Positions 56,874 through 64,000 of a DNA stretch of 64,000 nt are shown piece after piece. The notes below the pieces were generated by a model that did not search any database, was not told the origin of the DNA, and saw only the letters and a list, made by a program, of their open reading frames with translations. The translations under genes and the position numbers were made by a program. The stretch lies in the IMG/VR virus record IMGVR_UViG_3300032296_003307, positions 62,001-126,000 of that record; one strand, given 5' to 3'. Numbering within the stretch: position 1 is the stretch's first letter; every line of letters starts with the position of its first letter.

Positions 56874-58014
56874 CATTGACAAACAATACCAGCAACTACT
56901 CAAAGACATTATTGAGTATGGTGTAGAAAAACAAGACAGGACAGGAACTGGAACTAAAAGTATATTTGGTTATACCATCCGTCATAATATGAGAGATGGT
57001 TTTCCTCTTTTAACAACTAAAAAACTTCATTGGCCTTCTATAGTAAGTGAGCTTTTATGGTTTCTGCAAGGCAGAACTGACTTGAGATGGTTATTGGAAC
57101 AAGGGAATACGATTTGGGTTGGTGATTGTTATGAGAACTATTTGAATGTAGTTATGTATGAAAAACCTGATTATCTTCATGAAAAACACGGGCATCTTAA
57201 AATGAGTGTGAAAAAAGAAGATGATAATTATTTACCACTTACACAGGAGGAATTTATTAACAGAATTAAAACTGATGATAAATTTAGACATTGGGGTGAA
57301 TTAGGTCCAATTTATGGTAAACAATGGAGGGATTGGGGTGGTAGAAAGACAGATGGGTTTATTGAGTTTGAAAGTAATGGATATAGTGACCATATTAAAG
57401 GTAAAGACCAAATCCAAAATCTAATCAACGACCTTAAAACAAATCCAGACTCAAGACGATTAATGGTTAATGCTTGGAATGTTGGTGAATTAGACCAAAT
57501 GGTTCTTCCACCTTGTCATTATGGATTTCAAGTTTATACAAGAGAGCTAAGTTTAAAAGAGAGAAGACTGTTAGTTACACAAGAAATGTTCAACCAAATT
57601 TACAATGGTGGAGGTCCAGAAAGCTTATCTCATAAAGAAATAGATAAGTGGAACGTACCAACTAGAGCAATCTCTTTAATGTGGAATCAACGTTCAGTAG
57701 ATGTAGGTTTAGGTCTCCCATTCAACATAGCATCTTACGGACTATTACTTGAAATTATTGCCAAAATTACAAATATGGTTCCTGATGAATTGATTGGAAA
57801 CTTGGGTGATACACACCTTTATTTAAACCACATTGAACCAATTAAGGAACAATTAACAAGAGAACCATTTGAATTACCTAAATTGGTTCATATGAAAACA
57901 GATGAGTTTTGGAAAGAATTTAACATAAGTTTAATTGGACATTTGGACCCTAAAGATTTCACATTAGAAAACTATCAATCACACCCAACAATTAAATTAC
58001 CATTAAGTAACTAA
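56863..58014 (+). CDS. thyA: Thymidylate synthase
   Basis: DRTGTGT, FPLLTTKK, ELLWFL, LGPIYGKQWR, LPPCHY, QRSVD, GLPFNIASY, HLYLNH. Confidence 0.96.
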   Translation: MNNNIDKQYQQLLKDIIEYGVEKQDRTGTGTKSIFGYTIRHNMRDGFPLLTTKKLHWPSIVSELLWFLQGRTDLRWLLEQGNTIWVGDCYENYLNVVMYEKPDYLHEKHGHLKMSVKKEDDNYLPLTQEEFINRIKTDDKFRHWGELGPIYGKQWRDWGGRKTDGFIEFESNGYSDHIKGKDQIQNLINDLKTNPDSRRLMVNAWNVGELDQMVLPPCHYGFQVYTRELSLKERRLLVTQEMFNQIYNGGGPESLSHKEIDKWNVPTRAISLMWNQRSVDVGLGLPFNIASYGLLLEIIAKITNMVPDELIGNLGDTHLYLNHIEPIKEQLTREPFELPKLVHMKTDEFWKEFNISLIGHLDPKDFTLENYQSHPTIKLPLSN

Positions 58015-58850
58015 TGTCTTACATCTATAATATATTCAAAAAATATAAGTGTTCACTTTTAATGATATATCTTTTTGTGTTCATAGCACAAATTGAATAT
58101 CTTATTGAACCCTATGTTTTGGGTAAAATGATAGATGGACTATTGATTGGTGAGTACTATTGGTTAATGATATTTTTTATTACATCCATGGTTGCAAATG
58201 TTTTTATGTATAAAAGAATGGTTTTGGATACAAAAATATACACAACAATTTATAATGATATTGTTTTTGAATATCTTAAAAATGATAAAACATCCGAACC
58301 ATCAGCCAAAATAGCAAGGACAGAAATGGCTAACAATATAATTAACTTCTTAGAAAACGATTTACAGTATTACATTATGGCAATTATGTCCTTGATTGGT
58401 ACGTTATTTTTTGTATTTTTACAGGACTATATTACAGGATTTGTGGTTGCGTTGTGTTTGATTCCTGTATTATACATTATTAAGAAACTTTACAAAAAAA
58501 TCGCACAAGGAACTAAAGTGGCATTTAACCAATACGAAAAGAAGATAGGTACCATGAACGAAGGTAATGATAAAAATATTAACAGTTTTTTTGAAAGAAG
58601 AAGAAAAATCTTTATTCACCTATCAACCCTACAAGGTAAAAATTGGTTCTCACTTAATTCAGTTAAAACCTTGTTTTTAGTTATCGCTTTAGTTGTATTT
58701 ACAAGTAGACACACTAATATATCTCAAGGACAAGCCGTAACAATATACACATACATAAATCAGTTTTTAATATCATTAATGTCAATACCAATTGGAGTTG
58801 AAACATTTACTAGAATTAAAGATGTGATACACAGAATAAAAACAACATAA
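58014..58850 (+). CDS. Stand-alone ABC-transporter-type transmembrane domain protein
   Basis: About 5-6 hydrophobic helices, PYVLGKMIDGLL; no ATPase domain. Confidence 0.55.
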   Translation: MSYIYNIFKKYKCSLLMIYLFVFIAQIEYLIEPYVLGKMIDGLLIGEYYWLMIFFITSMVANVFMYKRMVLDTKIYTTIYNDIVFEYLKNDKTSEPSAKIARTEMANNIINFLENDLQYYIMAIMSLIGTLFFVFLQDYITGFVVALCLIPVLYIIKKLYKKIAQGTKVAFNQYEKKIGTMNEGNDKNINSFFERRRKIFIHLSTLQGKNWFSLNSVKTLFLVIALVVFTSRHTNISQGQAVTIYTYINQFLISLMSIPIGVETFTRIKDVIHRIKTT

Positions 58851-58851
58851 A

Positions 58852-59046
58852 GTGGCAACATTAAAAACACAATATAACCTTTTTATTAAAAAACATCCTG
58901 ATAAATCACATTGGACGTATCAAATGTGGTTAGATTGGTGGAGTAATGAAGTAACTGAAGCAATAAAGAACGGATTTGAGCCTACGATATCAGATGATTT
59001 TCAAATAGGACCTGACGGAGCATATGAACACACAGAAGAAAACTAA
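58852..59046 (+). CDS. Hypothetical protein
   Basis: Ends DDFQIGPDGAYEH. Confidence 0.5.
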   Translation: MATLKTQYNLFIKKHPDKSHWTYQMWLDWWSNEVTEAIKNGFEPTISDDFQIGPDGAYEHTEEN

Positions 59047-59053
59047 ATAAAAT

Positions 59054-59602
59054 ATGAAAGTAGAAACAACACCAATTAAAGACCTTTTGGTAATCACACC
59101 AAAGGTGTATGAAGACGACAGAGGATATTTCTTAGAGTCATTTAACTCAAGAGCATTTCGAGATGCCGGACTATATTACAATTTTGTTCAAGACAATCAA
59201 TCCGTAAGTCTAAAAAACGTAATTAGAGGGTTACATTTTCAAAAAAGTGTACCTCAGGCTAAATTAGTCAGGGTAATTGCCGGTGCAATTTGGGATGTGG
59301 CGGTAGATTTAAGAAAAGGTAGTAAGACCTATGGACAATGGTTCGGTATTGAACTTAATGAAGATAATTTCAAACAACTATTAGTACCAAGAGGATTTGC
59401 ACACGGTTTCTCAGTACTATCGGATGTTGCCGTTGTAAGCTATAAATGTGATGAGATATATATGTTGTCCGCTAGTGGAGGAATTATTTATTCAGACCCA
59501 ACCTTGAAAATAGATTGGAAGATAACAGAAAAACCAATAGTCTCAGATAAAGACGGTGAATTACCTAAATATGAGGATATAATAAAGGAACTTAACTTTT
59601 AG
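59054..59602 (+). CDS. rmlC: dTDP-4-dehydrorhamnose 3,5-epimerase
   Basis: DDRGYF, QDNQS, RGLHFQ, QAKLVR, DVAVDLR, PRGFAHGF. Confidence 0.92.
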   Translation: MKVETTPIKDLLVITPKVYEDDRGYFLESFNSRAFRDAGLYYNFVQDNQSVSLKNVIRGLHFQKSVPQAKLVRVIAGAIWDVAVDLRKGSKTYGQWFGIELNEDNFKQLLVPRGFAHGFSVLSDVAVVSYKCDEIYMLSASGGIIYSDPTLKIDWKITEKPIVSDKDGELPKYEDIIKELNF

Positions 59603-59951
59603 AAAGTTCCATTACCATTTTTCTTTTTATTTCCTTTAATAATGAATAAATTTCTTTCATCGCTGAATCATTTTTGATTTTTGTTAACACCGAAGATATT
59701 CTCGTTGGATTAACATCGTCAAATAGTTCCATTAAATCATCAGTTGTTTCAACATCAAATAAGGCGAAAAGTTGTTTTTTAGTCATTTCGTTTTTTTCAT
59801 CCTCCAATATATCTCTAACATTAAACTCACCATTAATTTGTTGAGATGTTGGTTTTTGTATTTTAAGACCCTGAAACGAGGGTGAATTGATTGAAATCTG
59901 TTCATTAAGACCCATCAATTTTAACATTCTTTTTTGGCTTTCGTTAATCAT
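59592..59951 (-). CDS. Late protein with RMLKLMGLNEQ leader
   Basis: Directly downstream of the M23 gene; shared leader. Confidence 0.65.
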   Translation of the reverse strand: MINESQKRMLKLMGLNEQISINSPSFQGLKIQKPTSQQINGEFNVRDILEDEKNEMTKKQLFALFDVETTDDLMELFDDVNPTRISSVLTKIKNDSAMKEIYSLLKEIKRKMVMELSKS

Positions 59952-59952
59952 T

Positions 59953-60576
59953 TTATTTTTTTGGACAGAAGTTTTTATTTATTATTTTATCCGGGTCTAC
60001 AAATTGACCATTCTTTTTTAATTCAAAATGTAAATGAGGTGCTTGTGAATTTCCTTTCTTTGATGGTGAGTCACTCTTAGCACCACCACTAACACCAACA
60101 ACTTCACCTCTTTTAACAGTTCCTGACATTTTATCAATTTTAGACATGTGACAGAATTTGGCTTGAAGTTTTTTCTCATCGTTCTTGATGATTATCATTC
60201 CACCACAATCACCGTTAGTTGGATTGGATGAGTTACCAAAACTACCTGAAATTGTTCCATCAAAAGGTGCAACAACTTTTTCATAATTTGCGGCTAAATC
60301 AACCGCAGGATGATATGAATATCCTAAAAGTTTTCTTGGACCAAAAGGACTTGTAACGTTCCAAGGGTTAGACGCACCACACATTGGAGATATAACATCA
60401 TCAGGTTTAGACACAGATTCAGTGTCGACCTCAGAATCAACGTCTTTTTTCTCGTCAGAGTCACCTGAAAATAAGTTACCGATAAAAGATTTAATTTTAT
60501 CTAAAACGGACTGTTCATTTAAACCCATTAAGGTTAATATTCTTTCCGTTTCTTCATTTAGTGGTTGTTTAGACAT
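59953..60576 (-). CDS. M23-family peptidoglycan endopeptidase with leader
   Basis: VTSPFG, HPAVD, KFCHM, GNSQAPHLHFE; ATG at 60576 after minus-strand TATTTATA. Confidence 0.85.
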   Translation of the reverse strand: MSKQPLNEETERILTLMGLNEQSVLDKIKSFIGNLFSGDSDEKKDVDSEVDTESVSKPDDVISPMCGASNPWNVTSPFGPRKLLGYSYHPAVDLAANYEKVVAPFDGTISGSFGNSSNPTNGDCGGMIIIKNDEKKLQAKFCHMSKIDKMSGTVKRGEVVGVSGGAKSDSPSKKGNSQAPHLHFELKKNGQFVDPDKIINKNFCPKK

Positions 60577-60590
60577 ATTGTATAAATACA

Positions 60591-61163
60591 TCAATCCCAC
60601 CAATTTTCAATACGTCGTTCTAATATTTTAAATAGTAGTTTTTTAGCCTTTTCATGTCTTACAATCCCAACCGCTAAATAACCCTTTCTTCCTTCAATAA
60701 AATAATTAACAAATCTTGGGTCCCTTTTCGCCACTCTTAGTGAGTGCGGATACTTTTCTAAGTATTGGTCTATATCGTCTCTTTTTGTGTCAAATACGAC
60801 TTCATACAAATTGTTTTCTGTAGGAACAAATTTCATATCCACATCACGATAATCAAAGTGTTCTGATTGATAATATTCTTCTTGAATCCTACCAATTAAT
60901 TTTTCACAAATTCTCATATAACGAACTTCGTTTTCCCATCCAACAAACCTCTGATTTTTTTCAAAAAGGTCTGCAGTATTTTTAATCTTGAACTTCAAAA
61001 CTTCAAAAATGAAATGGTCGTCCCAATCACGGTCTTTCCAAATTATTGGAAACCATCTCCAAAGATTTCTAAATCCTTGAAAAATGTCACGATGTAAGTG
61101 TTTTGCATCCCATTTAAACCATCTATATAGTTTCCAATACCACTGATTATATTCTTTTTTCAT
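60591..61163 (-). CDS. Hypothetical Trp-rich protein
   Basis: 190-aa ORF. Confidence 0.65.
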   Translation of the reverse strand: MKKEYNQWYWKLYRWFKWDAKHLHRDIFQGFRNLWRWFPIIWKDRDWDDHFIFEVLKFKIKNTADLFEKNQRFVGWENEVRYMRICEKLIGRIQEEYYQSEHFDYRDVDMKFVPTENNLYEVVFDTKRDDIDQYLEKYPHSLRVAKRDPRFVNYFIEGRKGYLAVGIVRHEKAKKLLFKILERRIENWWD

Positions 61164-61210
61164 ATTGATAAAGATATTAAATTATTATGAGTTAACAAGT
61201 ATTTATATTT

Positions 61211-62698
61211 GTGGGACAAAGATTTCTTATATCTGAAAGTGAAAAAAAAGATATATTAGGGTTATATGAAGACATCATAAGACCTTACCATAAATTAATG
61301 CAATGTAAATTTAGTTCCGATGGTAAAGTAATTGTTTATGAAAATGTTGCATATAGTACTGAAACAGGTGAAGAACTACTCATTAATGAAGGTTGGTCTT
61401 TAAGTGATATATTACATGCGGGTGCAGATGTTTTGTCTGCGGGTTTGGATTTTGTAATACCAGGTTCAGGGGCAATTGTTGATATATTGAACGGACTAAG
61501 TTATATAATTGAAGCTCAGTTCAAAAGCGAAGCGGAAAAAGATAGTTTATATCTTATGGCAGCGGTAACATTTGCATTTGTTGTTTTGCCAGGTCCATTA
61601 CAAACTGTTGCGGTACCACTAAAACAATTTTTGAAAGGAGGTGCAAAAGGTGCATCAAAATTAGTTTTATTAGCACTTAAAGTTGTTGGAGGGATTCTAG
61701 ATAAAGTTTTACTTGGAATACCCAAATTGATTAATAAAGCATTGAGTACCAAATTAGGGAAAGGTATATTAGGTAAGTGGGGTAAAAAAATATCTGACTT
61801 TTTTTCAGCGTTTTCCGCAAGGGTAAAAAATTTATTTAACAAAATGACTGGAGGCTCCGCAGCACAAACCGTAACGAAGAAAACTTTGACAGGTGCTGAA
61901 AAATTAGCAGTCAAGTCGTCCAAATTAACACCCAAAGCGTTAAGTAAGATGACCGTTATGTCGCAAAAATTAGTTGGAAAGATAATTGGTAACAAGGCGG
62001 TGGCACTTAAAGCTCTAGGATTTAAGCCAGGAAAAATGTATAGATATTTGGGAAAAAACGGAAAAATGAATACAGTTTACATCAAAGAAATAAAACCTGA
62101 TGGGACTGTGATAGGACTTTTTGGAAAAAAATCGGGAGATACTGTTCTTGGAACCCAAGCTGCGGTTCCCGCAGAAACATTTTTAGGAAGAGGAATAGGG
62201 GGTCCATGGGGTAGAAGAGGTTCATCAGTCATGGTTCCTTTATTTGTTAAAAGAATGACTGATGCTATGAGAGATGATGGTACTATTGATGCGAATGTTT
62301 TAGCCGCTGGTGGTGAATTAAACGCCGATGAAGTTTCCGCGGCATCTTTAGAGTTTGCACCTGAGGATGTGGTTGCTGATTACCAAGGGGATACCGGTCA
62401 GTACGATGTTTCAAGTAACGTAACATCAATTCAAAATGCGTTAATGGAGTTAGACCCTAATTCATTACCCAAATTTGGCGCTGATGGTAAATTCGGACCT
62501 GAAACATTATCCGCAATTGAAAAATTCCAAAAAGATAATGGACTTACACCAAACAAAAAGGCTGATAAAGCTTTTGTCAAAAAATTAATAGAAAAATTAC
62601 CGGCTAATAGTCCAAACAAAGAAGAATTAAATTCATTATTAACTAAACCATCTGAGGTTAAATCAACTGAAACAGATGCTGAAATTGAAACAACATAA
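61211..62698 (+). CDS. Putative virion protein: leader, hydrophobic Gly/Ala-rich region, C-terminal peptidoglycan-binding domain
   Basis: MGQRFLISESEKKDILGLY leader; IQNALMEL...GADGKFGPETLSAIEKFQKDNGL. Confidence 0.7.
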   Translation: MGQRFLISESEKKDILGLYEDIIRPYHKLMQCKFSSDGKVIVYENVAYSTETGEELLINEGWSLSDILHAGADVLSAGLDFVIPGSGAIVDILNGLSYIIEAQFKSEAEKDSLYLMAAVTFAFVVLPGPLQTVAVPLKQFLKGGAKGASKLVLLALKVVGGILDKVLLGIPKLINKALSTKLGKGILGKWGKKISDFFSAFSARVKNLFNKMTGGSAAQTVTKKTLTGAEKLAVKSSKLTPKALSKMTVMSQKLVGKIIGNKAVALKALGFKPGKMYRYLGKNGKMNTVYIKEIKPDGTVIGLFGKKSGDTVLGTQAAVPAETFLGRGIGGPWGRRGSSVMVPLFVKRMTDAMRDDGTIDANVLAAGGELNADEVSAASLEFAPEDVVADYQGDTGQYDVSSNVTSIQNALMELDPNSLPKFGADGKFGPETLSAIEKFQKDNGLTPNKKADKAFVKKLIEKLPANSPNKEELNSLLTKPSEVKSTETDAEIETT

Positions 62699-62702
62699 AA
62701 AA

Positions 62703-63101
62703 ATGGGAAAAAGATTTATTATAACAGAAGAAGAGAAAAAAAGAATTCTCGGACTTTATGAACAGGACGAACCAACACCTGAAACAACTGATGAAAAACC
62801 ATCATTAATTGACACCTTAAAACAAATGGGATTTGAAGAAAGTTCTGACCGTATTGGTTTGTGGCAAATAAAAAAAGACGACAATACATATGCTGCGGTT
62901 TTAACGTTGAATCCAACAAAAGACCAAATTAGCAAAGCGGAAATTGTAGGAACTCCAGATATCCTTTCCACAATACAAAAGGCATTCAACGAGGTCAACA
63001 TTCCAAATATTATTTCAGGTGAAAAACTAATTACTCGAGCACCATTTAAAGAAGAAAATTTAATTAAGAAATTATCAGAACCGGCAAAAAGTGAGTTTTA
63101 A
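62703..63101 (+). CDS. Protein with MGKRFIITEEEKKRILGLYE leader
   Basis: Leader paralogous to 61211. Confidence 0.65.
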   Translation: MGKRFIITEEEKKRILGLYEQDEPTPETTDEKPSLIDTLKQMGFEESSDRIGLWQIKKDDNTYAAVLTLNPTKDQISKAEIVGTPDILSTIQKAFNEVNIPNIISGEKLITRAPFKEENLIKKLSEPAKSEF

Positions 63102-64000
63102 TGAAATTCAAAATAACCCATACACAATATAAAAAATTAACAGAATCATTGGACCCTGATGTTCAAGATTTTTTTAGTGCTGAAAAGGGTAAGTTTCATT
63201 TGTTGGCACCAATTCCAATTAGTAGAACAACCGCTTCTGAGGTTATAAAAAGAATTTTGAAATCAGAAAACAAAAAGTATTTTTTTGGTGATGATATTGA
63301 CCTTAATGAATTATCTTTAGTTAACAGATTAAGATTTGGTGTTTATTTAGAAGAGGTCTTAAGCGAGGTTGGTACAAGAGGTCATAACTATGAAGGATTT
63401 ATGGCAGGTCTTTTTGATGGATATCTACCTAAAGACACTAATTATTGGTTTGATTATAGGATTAGAGAGGGTTCGGTAGAACAAAAGTTTATAAAAAGTA
63501 GTGGAGAATCACCACAACTTAAAACATATGCTAATTTCATAAAAAACAATCCTCAATACGAAGGTTTATTAGATAAACAAAATACTCCTGAAATCATCAA
63601 ACAGAAAATACAAATGTTAAACAGTCCTGAGTTTTTAACAGACATTTACATTTTTTCAACTAAAACACCTGAACCAGGAAAAGGTTATAGAATCGATAAT
63701 TATGTTGTTTACAAAGATGAGATGATTAAGATTTTAATGAATCCTAATAATCTTAGAGAGCCTAAACAAAAAGGACAAACCGCTTTGAGAATACCGGCAA
63801 GTGTCTTGGGGGGAATTGATTTTACCATAATAACTCCAAGATATAAATCGTCCGAACTACAGGAACTTGTAAAATTGGACGAAAAAGAACGTGCGGTGTT
63901 AAGTGCGTTTGGTAAACATAGTGAACACATAAGACCAGATGTAATTAAAGATTTGAGTAAAAACTTAGATGAGTTTATCGAATCACTTATTGAAATACAA
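63101..64000 (+). CDS. 3'-truncated protein with MKFKITHTQYKKLTE leader and possible PD-(D/E)xK nuclease fold
   Basis: 300 open codons to the window end; GHNYEGFMAGLFDG...FDY-x7-EQK. Confidence 0.6.
   Translation, partial: MKFKITHTQYKKLTESLDPDVQDFFSAEKGKFHLLAPIPISRTTASEVIKRILKSENKKYFFGDDIDLNELSLVNRLRFGVYLEEVLSEVGTRGHNYEGFMAGLFDGYLPKDTNYWFDYRIREGSVEQKFIKSSGESPQLKTYANFIKNNPQYEGLLDKQNTPEIIKQKIQMLNSPEFLTDIYIFSTKTPEPGKGYRIDNYVVYKDEMIKILMNPNNLREPKQKGQTALRIPASVLGGIDFTIITPRYKSSELQELVKLDEKERAVLSAFGKHSEHIRPDVIKDLSKNLDEFIESLIEIQ

Noticed and set aside
55679-56938. Junction repeats as a CRISPR or integron array
   Set aside because: Spacing is irregular and gene-sized, the repeats contain start codons, there is no attC-like palindrome and no integrase in the window

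Overview
AT-rich 64 kb segment of a large tailed dsDNA phage genome with a T4-like replisome and a probable Bacteroidota host (Bacteroidota-style -33/-7 promoters, no Shine-Dalgarno sequences). Contents from left to right: (1) replication and recombination genes: a minimal family-A polymerase, SSB, RecA/UvsX, 5'-3' exonuclease, DnaB-like helicase, class II RNR; (2) a 7-deazaguanine DNA-modification cluster: TGT/DpdA-like gene, queC, queD, queE, folE, plus a purine phosphoribosyltransferase, a hotdog thioesterase, two thioredoxins and a dCTP deaminase/dUTPase; (3) family-B polymerase, sliding clamp, groES/groEL, clamp loader and a solo Cas4-like nuclease; (4) a ~13 kb glycan island of glycosyltransferases, a His-type PLP dehydratase, a split transketolase, an epimerase and three methyltransferases; (5) a hypervariable small-ORF region with four HNH genes spread through the window; (6) thyA, then a compositionally distinct ~6 kb segment with rmlC, an M23 peptidase and probable virion proteins. 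The most striking signals are non-coding or architectural. First, inserted genes repeatedly leave a dead 5' stub of the downstream core gene and supply a replacement 5' end; one locus carries three successive starts. Second, moron-like cassettes combine a TATTTATA late promoter, an ORF with a shared N-terminal leader, and a hairpin that is both terminator and promoter. Third, about 12 unrelated proteins carry short leaders ending in (I/L/V)xE, resembling capsid-targeting signals. Fourth, HNH genes have their late promoter buried in RNA hairpins, and one has a kissing-loop leader RNA. All protein calls come from motif recognition by eye; no database searches were run.
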